Shown here one piece after another: positions 28,901 through 36,561 of a DNA stretch of 64,000 nt. The notes under the pieces were generated by a model. The model searched no databases and was not told where the DNA came from. It saw only the letters and a program-made list of their open reading frames with translations. Numbering within the stretch: position 1 is the first letter of the stretch; each line of letters opens with the position of its first letter. Source of the stretch: Prevotella sp. (GTDB lineage: Bacteria > Bacteroidota > Bacteroidia > Bacteroidales > Bacteroidaceae). The stretch spans positions 48,177 to 112,176 of the forward strand of contig JAEEWT010000013.1 of the NCBI GenBank assembly GCA_016287755.1, in the 5' to 3' direction. Position numbers and translations under genes: made by a program.

Positions 28901-30483
28901 TCCAAAAATGTCGAATTGTTATCTTTGTATGGTTTATAATACTCTGTCCACTCACTGTTGCATCTCACTGCGGGATAATAACCTTTGGCAAAGCTGAACC
29001 AGTAATCCGCCGTTTCATCATTGGGGAGGAAAGGCATGTCACGGGTATCGCCCGATGACATTTTGATTGTAGTCAATCCGTAAATACTCTTGTGACTGTC
29101 CACATTACCGCAGAGATGTCCTTTGAACATAGTCTTATCGTAATAACAACCACCTACTGTCTCTTCCGGTTTCTTACAATCGCCTACGAAAGCCGCTACC
29201 TTTTCAGTATTTGAAATCGTTCCCGTGAACAAGCAGTTCTCTATTCGAATATCATTGTCCCATTCTGAACAACCACAAATGCCACCTATACCATTGAGCG
29301 AGCGCCCTGCGTTGATATGTCCGCCGTAAGCGCAATAATCCACCTTCGCATAGAGTTCCGATACGTTTTTCCCCTGCATCATATACCCCACGATGCCACC
29401 AATATAGCCTGCCGTTGATACCTTGATCGACATTGTGCTTGCGCAACCGCTTATCTGTGTAGCGTAACACATCTTTCCACCGATGCCACCCAGACAGATG
29501 TTCGCTGCCTGTGTCATGCTTATCTTCCCCATACTACTACAGGCTCTCACCGTCATCATTTCGGCGAGATATCCCACGATACCACCAGCAGCTCCTCCAT
29601 CTGTAGATAACGAGCCTATGTCGATATTCACATCGGCGGCGCAGTCAACAATGGTACCGTCACCCGAAGCCACCACACCACCAACCACCGAACATTTGTC
29701 GACAGATATACTCACTTGCGATGTTGTATGTATTACTCCAACATTTGTGTATAAATAAGCTGCAACACCACCAACATGGATACTCGATCCATCTCCTTCC
29801 GCTTTTATTGTGCCATGTACGCTACAGCCGTCCACTCCTACACCCATTGACATCAATTCCATAGGTCCACGGTTATACTCTGTACAACGAAGATAATTAC
29901 CATCTACCATACCGCACAGTCCGCCAATAAATATGCCAATGTCTTTGTTCGGCTGACGCACATCAATCCATATGTTATTCAGTTTCACACCCATGACGAG
30001 TCCATGCATACGACCGAACAATCCATAGTACATCACATTTTTATCACCAATCGTATTGATATACATTCCCGATATCGAGTGTTTAAGATCTGAGCGCCAT
30101 CCACCGTTCTGCATACTTTTGGTGTTCATACCCAGCAATATACCATGAAAACGATACTGTTTTTTATAACTGGCAGAGCGGTAGCCAATAGGAATCCACT
30201 GTACGCGCTTGCCATCCACCGTCTTGTCCAGGTTGATGTCAGCAGTAAGAATGAAGAACTGTCCCTCGTGAAGATTATTCTCCTCGTTCACCTCATACGC
30301 CAGCTGTGCCAGATGTTCAGGCTTGCTGATCTCATAAGGCTCCATAAACGTACCGCTGCCGTCATAGGGCAGTCGATAGTCGTACCATGTAGGTACATCG
30401 CTGAACTCTGCCGGTACAGCAAAGGCGCTCAATGGGGCAAGGAGCCATAAGAGGCATAACACACTATTGCGAATCGTTTTCAT
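25966..30483 (-). CDS. Large secreted surface protein: two GxGT-xxPY/GLUG-like beta-helical modules, BspA-type LRR, T9SS-like CTD
   Basis: 1505 aa; signal peptide, DGSGTFMEPYEI, AAGTGKKEDPFII, GGLCG/GGIVG repeats, FDGCTSLKEVTIP, terminal WYTLEGVQLSGKPTKKGIYIINGKK. Confidence 0.75.
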   Translation of the reverse strand: MKTIRNSVLCLLWLLAPLSAFAVPAEFSDVPTWYDYRLPYDGSGTFMEPYEISKPEHLAQLAYEVNEENNLHEGQFFILTADINLDKTVDGKRVQWIPIGYRSASYKKQYRFHGILLGMNTKSMQNGGWRSDLKHSISGMYINTIGDKNVMYYGLFGRMHGLVMGVKLNNIWIDVRQPNKDIGIFIGGLCGMVDGNYLRCTEYNRGPMELMSMGVGVDGCSVHGTIKAEGDGSSIHVGGVAAYLYTNVGVIHTTSQVSISVDKCSVVGGVVASGDGTIVDCAADVNIDIGSLSTDGGAAGGIVGYLAEMMTVRACSSMGKISMTQAANICLGGIGGKMCYATQISGCASTMSIKVSTAGYIGGIVGYMMQGKNVSELYAKVDYCAYGGHINAGRSLNGIGGICGCSEWDNDIRIENCLFTGTISNTEKVAAFVGDCKKPEETVGGCYYDKTMFKGHLCGNVDSHKSIYGLTTIKMSSGDTRDMPFLPNDETADYWFSFAKGYYPAVRCNSEWTEYYKPYKDNNSTFLDKEFSIQMFGYENMYRENTVYKTGAWLCSVPVNIPKGDQAYDLVTQVIAPEKNMTWSEAERDVSPNSKVTFQNMDCIRISNDTAYAVTDGMFLATFTMKMAKPIEVWNRPLPLGGTKQLQFTSTVDQVWDGSTATEFAAGTGKKEDPFIIKNGAQLALAVKNNKEGEWYKQICDITLYVNRHGNAPYNPNPFHSLWIDNSWGNKDVKWKAQYDGGSHFVKGAYVDTEGKGLFGDIDKGGAVANLGIIDSHARKGAGLFAGKMNGKITNCIAQGTVGSLHSFDDDYYLDYCGGICSLVGPDNSDAVVEDCISAVYTMMWSFADYTPFVCLSDNNKGVVKNCLTVLPVTHLDKVMQPADITMDGKTYLQDCYWLKGYEEQPTGFTLEEICNSLGKQTRWKNYNGYFPTLKSFAETDMAKLLMVPFRTDIEYKYSEADGSDNYLLGFGKQLLFEPGAATWTSSDADDKRFIEADGDMGVIVPVSASINPIDMNNNLQDHPTVRTFGGLEFIKGTFGKYCHYIPVRTRDLNVNAGFTFVDDNTRDACLAAFDSNNDEVLSLDELKAVTTKQTLEAFQTATAKKIEKFPEFRFFKAVKELTTQLNGLSKLNEVKLPYALETLGSNAFDGCTSLKEVTIPAKVEEVELHPFYNSAIENVSVDPFNEFFVSRDGILFDTNRVLVAFPNGRKGEEAVITGIINEISEGAIYKVEGLKRIYFETEDYETVPYLEDDGIVTTDGNLLDIYVSDATYGSVLMEGYYSDGTWDDYISAGKLHCYYPLKVGSAKVATMYIGFDTELPATLTPFIVTKTNDEGICNDAVDNEPNTAYLLSMSRKVPSRTPVVIFAEDAGTYRLEPLGESLEQWKMYKNMLNGVGRDGMSVYQEDSDRGSILTLGYNSEGELGFFYYLGERIAPYRSYLTHNEVSSQAKYHIIFLDETTGINNTVPQNRVQSEKWYTLEGVQLSGKPTKKGIYIINGKKRILK

Positions 30484-30495
30484 ATGTCTGCTTTT

Positions 30496-33400
30496 TTAAT
30501 ATCTGAACTTAAACATCTCATCTCCGGTGCTGAGCAGATAGACTGCATGATACTGCAGCGGAACGAAGAGAGTAGAATCCGTAACCTGCTTCGAGCAGAC
30601 TGGGATACCATCAGGATTGAAGATACGTACACGCTCACCCTTTTTCAAACCACTCAGATTAACACCATTGTCAACCACAGTTACCTTCACCCGATGGTTC
30701 TTCGTCGGGTTATCAACGGTTGGGCGTTCAATCTTTGTAGGATCGCTTGTCGGGAAGAGGCTTACGTAGACGGGATTCTCCTCGCCATGGAGATTGTCAA
30801 TATGCGAACGTTCCAGTCCGCTTTCTTCAAGATTCGTATCGAACACATGGATGTTGACGAATGCCTTCAATGGTTCTTTAATACCATCGACAGACACGGT
30901 GGCATAGGCCTTACGCACATTACCCATCTGCACGAACTCACTTCCCTTGACAACCACCTCTGCCCCGTCGGTCAGCGGAGCGGCAATACTGGGATGGGCA
31001 TAGATACCCACGAGCACGCCCATATCATCAAGCATCTTGCCATGGTCAATGAGTTCCACTACGAAGGTATTCACACCATTCTCGATGCTGCGGTTCACCA
31101 CATTACATGTTACGTCAGCCAGCAGAACACGTGCTCGCGACATCTGGAGCATTCTCCTTTGATTGTTCAGTCCTCTAACGCGCGGATGCTGCTTAGCCTT
31201 AAAGATATTGTTGTATTCAACACCAACCGAACTGGTGATGTAACCGTCGAAGTTCTCATCGATAGGATACAAAATGGGGAAGTTACATTCTTTCAGAGGT
31301 GCCACATAAGCATCAGGGATATCGAAGTTCTTACCGTTAATGGTTACGTTTACTGCCTGAATGGCTGATGTACCCGTGTTACGTATTCTCACGTTGATAG
31401 GTAAGCTATTGCTACCCTTGAGAGCAGTCTTGGCATACGATACCTCCGCCTCGAAGTTGTTACTGAAATCCTTGCTGTTGGTCATGATCACACCAGAGGA
31501 ACCTTCGATGTCGGCCAGTGTATAGACCACGCTGATATGACTGTCATCGAGGAAACCGTCGAAGTCGGTCATTGTCAGACTGTCGCGCTCGCAGCCCAGC
31601 GTGATAGGTTCAGAGAGCTGGAGTGTGTTACCGAGATGGATGCGAGAAGCATTCAGCAGTGTGCGGATATCAGAGAAGCTGCGTTTGCTGCCGTCCTCAT
31701 TACGATAGACACTACCTGCTTCCGTCCACAATAGGGCAAAGTCGCTGAGATTCACAGCATTGCGGTCGCATACAATCTTCACCTTATTCGGCATGCGAGT
31801 ACCAACGCCCAGATCGGCTCCTTGACGTCCGTCTCCATGTCCGCTCATGGCCAATGTTTTCACGTAAATCTCACTGATCGAGTCGGTTTTCTCATAGAGC
31901 ATAGCGATAACGGCATTGTTACCTACGCGGTGCATCATGAAGTGCTTGGCCAAGATATTATCATCCACATACTTCACCTCATTCGAACCAATGTACTTCG
32001 AGGCATAGCGAGTAACAGAATAATCCTGGTCGTTGGCCAGCAGGTTAGCAGCCACGAGAACGCTGTCGTTACGCATGAGCAGGTCGTAGTGCATGATTGT
32101 ATGATCAAGATCGAGATTGAAATAGAGTGGAGTTGGAGCACTCCATTTCCCATTGCTGAAGGTACGCAGCATGAGCTGACCTTCAAAGGCAACGTTCATG
32201 ATGGAGTCCATCGAAACCGTTTCGTCAACAGGAATGAAATGTCCATGCTGGTAGATGCAGGCTGCCTTGCCATCCTCTTGAATGGTGACAACAGGCTTCA
32301 GGTCGGCCATGCCGTCATCGGTGGTCACATCTGTCATCTTCCATGCCCCGTTACCATCGCGTACAGCAGCCTTGATTACCGAGTGCAGCTGCAGGTTGTT
32401 ACTACTTGTAAGTAGATGATCCTTGTCGATATCCTCGTTGTTCACCTTCTTGGCAATCTGTTCAAACACCACGATCTCATGTTCGCCACGCTTTGAGCGC
32501 ATGTGCCGGCTGGCAGTCAAGCCCTCGGTGGAGATGGTCTCGGTGGTGTTGTTACTGGTGTTGATGATTGCCACGCGGTCGTCTCTATAGTCGGCAGCGT
32601 TACGCAAGTCGTTATATACCACATGATTACCGTCGAGATAGTGCGGATTGGCGTCCAAGGCCACATCGGTAACCAATGCTTCACCGATTTCCTCACTGCT
32701 CTCAGGTGCCCGCAGCGGACGGTAAGCCCTGGCCATCTCTCTTACCTTACTCTTCTCTAACCAATAGGGGAATTCTTTGTGGAAGGGGTTAGTGGGATCG
32801 TTAGGCTTCAAATCCTCATATCCGAAATGCACCTGTCCGCTTCCTGACCATCTGAAGAAAGGCGTCTTCAGGTGGGCATGTGCCTGACCCACAACAAGCA
32901 GGATGGAACGGAAGCCAACTCCTGGCCAATACTCGGCAAACGGTCCTTCAATACCGAACTGCACACCTACCTTAGCACCGAAGCGCAGACCCGCATGGAA
33001 GTTCACCCACGAAGAAAGGTTGAAGCTATGACCAAACACCTTAATGGTCTTAGGTGTGAAGAGGTCGAGCGAAGCTCCGGCAGATACCTTACCGCTGAAA
33101 TGAGCGTAATAGCCCATATTGGTACCCTTCATTGACTCCGACACCCCGTCGATATAAGACTTGATACCGAAGTCAGTCTGCAAGGAAGCCTGGGCAAAGG
33201 CTGTCAATGCGACATAGTTTTTGAAATCTTCGAGAATCTTGGCGAGCTTACCGAACTTCGGGTCTTGGCCCACTTTACCCCAGAAGAGGCCGACGCCATA
33301 GCCTATCTGGCCAGAAGCTTTGGCAATCTGGAAACGGCTGAAGTCGGTAGTAGGCATCTTGAAGTTGAAGGTTGCCCCACCGAACCATCCCTTTCCAACA

Positions 33401-35460
33401 CGCTTGCTGGTCATATCAAAGATATCGTCGATGTCTTCGTATATCCAGCCATCAAGTCCTTTGTCGCTGCCCACAGGGCGCACACTGACCTCATCCTTAG
33501 CCAGTTCGGAGTATTCATAATTCTCTGCGGCCTTCAGCTCATTACGAGCAGCTTTATCCTCGTCGCTCAGCTCACGGTCACCACCATTATAGACGATGTT
33601 CACCTTCAGGTCCCAAAGACTCTTACGGAAGTCGTAACCGAAGGATGTCTTCACCGTAACCGGCTTAAACGAGAACTTGAAGTCGGGTGCAATCTTCAAG
33701 TCGAAACCGCTTTGACCACTAACGTCGTTGACGTTATCCTCGTTGTCGGTAACGTATTTTTCATCAATCTCCTTCTCAGTGTCCTTACGACCTTGACTGC
33801 GGTCGAACACAAAGTTGTGCAGACGGGGGAATTGAGAATACGTATAGTTGCCGGCAGTCAGCTCCAGCTCACAGAAGGATTTCAGTGGTACGACGCCCAC
33901 CAGGTTGAAGTCAACATAGACATAATCGTAGGTAAACGACCTATAAACACTCGCGCTGAGAGTGGTCTGTTCCTTGTCGGTGACCTCATAGACGGAGTGG
34001 GTATTGATGTCGGTGGCAGTCAGCCTACAATTGTCAGTAGCTTCACCCTTGGGCTTTGAAAAGGTCAGCTGTAACTTGGCATATCTCTCTATCGGCGTGT
34101 TGTTCAGCAGCTTGGGATAGTTCTGTCCGCAGTCTTCCGCATAATGCACAGTATCGGCAGGTATCCATGCAGAGAGATCAATCTCGTCGATGGAGCACAG
34201 TACATGGTCCTTGCCGCCCCTGACGATGATTGTTTTCTCATCGTTCAGGTTCAGGAAGCGCTGACTACTGAATGTCAGTCCTCTCTTGTTCACTGTTCCT
34301 GATGTCAGCGTGAGGTCAACGGCACAGCGTTCCTCACTGACGATACCCGTCTCTGGGTCGGCAGGTCCGGCATATTTATACACAACGGGCAGGTAGCCGT
34401 TGACGATAATCTCGATATAGGCAGGATCTCCCATTGTCAGGATCTTGTGGGCGCCCAGTTTCTTGTCGTAACCGATATAGCGCACGGCCGTATTTCCCGT
34501 GGGCAGTCCTCTCTCATCCACGCTCTCCACATGGAATTGTCCGCTTGTCAGCTGACGGCTGCGGTCGTTCCAAAGAGAGAGGTAGAGGGTGTCGTATTTC
34601 TCAAACAAGCCAGATCCCAGCCAGTTGAAATTCATGAATTCGCGGTTCTCATGTTTGTCGAGATAGAAATTATCCGACAGCTCCATATATTTGAACCGGT
34701 CGTTCAGGTCGATACCCGGATGTAGCTTCTTCTTGTTAATTCGTAGCTTATTACCTTTGCTCACAAAGATCACGTCGAGCAGATCCTTACCCTCGGGCAC
34801 ATAGAAGCTCTGGAATGAAGTTGACTGCAACTCCAAACGTGCCGTGTCACGTTCGATGACACCTTCCTCGTTCATGCTACCCGTCACGCACTCCAGCGAA
34901 TAGGGTAGGTTCTCGGCCTGTCGTTTCTGGTCAAGCTGGAAGATATAGAGTTTATCGTTGTTCCATCCCTTGATGAAGTAACGGAATCGATAGCGCTTTT
35001 CCGGCTCACCTACGCGATGCACAGTAACCTCATAGGGCTCCTCCTGTAAGGGTAGGTTCACAAAGAAGTAATCACTGACGGTCTGTGTGAGCTTCTTCCC
35101 GCTACCGTTGTCGAGTGACACCTCATAGGCGCTCGAAGTGTCGCCGTGTCCGTCAATGCGGAAGCACAGCAACGAGTGGTCGCGCATGGTCCAGAACTGC
35201 TGCAGGTCGGCCAGCCATTTCTTACGGGATGAACCCAGCATGTCGATGATGTTGTCCACCTCGACATAGTTACCCGACATATCCCCCTCGGCCGTCTGTA
35301 CCTTTGTCCAACGTAGTCCGGAGTTCGGTGATTTGATCTCATCGAAGTTCGTCACCTGTGTTACGTTATTGGCGAAGTATAGGTCGAAGTCAGGTTTTTG
35401 TGCCCAGGCAGTCATCACGCCCAGCACAAAAAGCAAGCTGTTAAGTATGAATCTCCTCAT
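30496..35460 (-). CDS. Large secreted protein of unknown function (beta-rich core, propeller-like repeats, CARDB-like domain, T9SS-like CTD)
   Basis: 1654 aa; signal peptide MRRFILN..AWA, WSAPTPL, VRIRNTGTS, terminal VRIFNPDG...VYLLSTGDEMFKFRY. Confidence 0.7.
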   Translation of the reverse strand: MRRFILNSLLFVLGVMTAWAQKPDFDLYFANNVTQVTNFDEIKSPNSGLRWTKVQTAEGDMSGNYVEVDNIIDMLGSSRKKWLADLQQFWTMRDHSLLCFRIDGHGDTSSAYEVSLDNGSGKKLTQTVSDYFFVNLPLQEEPYEVTVHRVGEPEKRYRFRYFIKGWNNDKLYIFQLDQKRQAENLPYSLECVTGSMNEEGVIERDTARLELQSTSFQSFYVPEGKDLLDVIFVSKGNKLRINKKKLHPGIDLNDRFKYMELSDNFYLDKHENREFMNFNWLGSGLFEKYDTLYLSLWNDRSRQLTSGQFHVESVDERGLPTGNTAVRYIGYDKKLGAHKILTMGDPAYIEIIVNGYLPVVYKYAGPADPETGIVSEERCAVDLTLTSGTVNKRGLTFSSQRFLNLNDEKTIIVRGGKDHVLCSIDEIDLSAWIPADTVHYAEDCGQNYPKLLNNTPIERYAKLQLTFSKPKGEATDNCRLTATDINTHSVYEVTDKEQTTLSASVYRSFTYDYVYVDFNLVGVVPLKSFCELELTAGNYTYSQFPRLHNFVFDRSQGRKDTEKEIDEKYVTDNEDNVNDVSGQSGFDLKIAPDFKFSFKPVTVKTSFGYDFRKSLWDLKVNIVYNGGDRELSDEDKAARNELKAAENYEYSELAKDEVSVRPVGSDKGLDGWIYEDIDDIFDMTSKRVGKGWFGGATFNFKMPTTDFSRFQIAKASGQIGYGVGLFWGKVGQDPKFGKLAKILEDFKNYVALTAFAQASLQTDFGIKSYIDGVSESMKGTNMGYYAHFSGKVSAGASLDLFTPKTIKVFGHSFNLSSWVNFHAGLRFGAKVGVQFGIEGPFAEYWPGVGFRSILLVVGQAHAHLKTPFFRWSGSGQVHFGYEDLKPNDPTNPFHKEFPYWLEKSKVREMARAYRPLRAPESSEEIGEALVTDVALDANPHYLDGNHVVYNDLRNAADYRDDRVAIINTSNNTTETISTEGLTASRHMRSKRGEHEIVVFEQIAKKVNNEDIDKDHLLTSSNNLQLHSVIKAAVRDGNGAWKMTDVTTDDGMADLKPVVTIQEDGKAACIYQHGHFIPVDETVSMDSIMNVAFEGQLMLRTFSNGKWSAPTPLYFNLDLDHTIMHYDLLMRNDSVLVAANLLANDQDYSVTRYASKYIGSNEVKYVDDNILAKHFMMHRVGNNAVIAMLYEKTDSISEIYVKTLAMSGHGDGRQGADLGVGTRMPNKVKIVCDRNAVNLSDFALLWTEAGSVYRNEDGSKRSFSDIRTLLNASRIHLGNTLQLSEPITLGCERDSLTMTDFDGFLDDSHISVVYTLADIEGSSGVIMTNSKDFSNNFEAEVSYAKTALKGSNSLPINVRIRNTGTSAIQAVNVTINGKNFDIPDAYVAPLKECNFPILYPIDENFDGYITSSVGVEYNNIFKAKQHPRVRGLNNQRRMLQMSRARVLLADVTCNVVNRSIENGVNTFVVELIDHGKMLDDMGVLVGIYAHPSIAAPLTDGAEVVVKGSEFVQMGNVRKAYATVSVDGIKEPLKAFVNIHVFDTNLEESGLERSHIDNLHGEENPVYVSLFPTSDPTKIERPTVDNPTKNHRVKVTVVDNGVNLSGLKKGERVRIFNPDGIPVCSKQVTDSTLFVPLQYHAVYLLSTGDEMFKFRY

Positions 35461-35472
35461 GGTATTACTGTT

Positions 35473-35610
35473 TTAATAAGCATCATCAGTACCGTCATAC
35501 GGATCAAAACGCATCGTCTTACTTTCACTGATACTGCCGGCAAGCAGTTGCTGCTCGCTATGCGTAAAGAGAATCTTCATGCAAGGTTTCAAGTATTTTT
35601 TCTTCTTCAT
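35473..35610 (-). CDS. 45-aa small peptide with KKxYxKP...LLAGS leader-like motif (absent from the ORF track)
   Basis: Translates MKKKKYLKPCMKILFTHSEQQLLAGSISESKTMRFDPYDGTDDAY*; stop lies 12 bp before the ATG of the 1654-aa gene; a TAtcTTTG box is upstream on the minus strand (~35666-35673). Confidence 0.75.
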   Translation of the reverse strand: MKKKKYLKPCMKILFTHSEQQLLAGSISESKTMRFDPYDGTDDAY

Positions 35611-35939
35611 ATTCATAGGGCAAATTAATAAACGATTGAGTTAAACAATGTTATGTCATTATTGTGACAAAGATACGAAAATAATCTTTTACACTTATTA
35701 TAACATTCTTAAAAAATATTAATCAAAACCATTTCATTGTTCATTACTGTATCATTATTGTTTTCTACATGCAAAGTTACAATGGTTCTGAATATATGTC
35801 ATGTATTTGTGTGGTTTTTTTCTCGGTTGTTACGACAAAAGGGGTGATATTGCGACAAAACAGTATTAGCCCCGTTATTTCTGTCGCATCATGGTAAAAA
35901 ACAGACAAAGAAGGTTGCGGGTGTGGGAATACAAAAAGC

Positions 35940-36560
35940 CTATGCAAAAAGGGCATGCCAATGCAGGAAACGACGCACTCCTTCCTCACCAAATTTGGCC
36001 AGACTGCGTTCCGCCTGTTCCACTGTTTTTTCTATTTCGGGTCGTGTCTTGGAAAAGAACTTATCAGCATAGCATATCAGTTGTTCTTCCAAGGTCTCGG
36101 GCAGGAAGGGCTCATATGTTGTGGAGTGTGGAGTGTGGGGTGTGGAGTGAGAACACTTCTGCGATACACGAGAAATGTTTGTGGAGGGAGGAGGTGGAAT
36201 GGTGATGGGTAGGTGTTGTGATTGGATCTCGGCAACGGTCAGGCCAGCTCCTGTATGACGCTCACAAACCCGTGCATGACGGGGGAAGCCTTCTGCCCGC
36301 ATAATCTCTGCCCCTATCTGTCCGTGACACACATACGGTTCGGTACCGAAACATTCAATGCCAGGTGCATCGCAACGGAAGATGCCGATGTCGTGGAGCA
36401 TTGCTGCCTCCTCCACGAACTGACGGTCGAGGTGCAGTTCCGGATGTGCATCACAAATCTGCAGAGCCTTATCTGCCACTGCCCTGCTATGAACGAGGAG
36501 AATGCGTTTCAGCGCATTCTCCTCGGGATAATACTTATTAATGATACGATTAAAATCCAT
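35940..36560 (-). CDS. HD/HDIG domain metal-dependent phosphohydrolase with in-frame repeat insertion
   Basis: Start refined to ATG 36560. Motifs LVHSRAVA, AMLHDIG, CHGQIGA, ERHTGAG, ICYADKFFSK. Confidence 0.88.
   Translation of the reverse strand: MDFNRIINKYYPEENALKRILLVHSRAVADKALQICDAHPELHLDRQFVEEAAMLHDIGIFRCDAPGIECFGTEPYVCHGQIGAEIMRAEGFPRHARVCERHTGAGLTVAEIQSQHLPITIPPPPSTNISRVSQKCSHSTPHTPHSTTYEPFLPETLEEQLICYADKFFSKTRPEIEKTVEQAERSLAKFGEEGVRRFLHWHALFA
36121..36196. repeat. Intragenic heptamer element in the HD gene
   Basis: (GTGGAGT)n-GAGAACA-CTTCTGCGATACAC-GAGAAATG; core matches the rluA element 12/14. Encodes PPPPSTNISRVSQKCSHSTPHTPHST. Confidence 0.8.
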
Positions 36561-36561
36561 A

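Noticed and set aside
35777-36212. Small ORFs 35777-35992, 35891-36205 and 35955-36212
   Set aside because: They lie in AT-rich promoter DNA or antisense to the HD gene, and their odd VWSVECGVW peptides come from the heptamer repeat.
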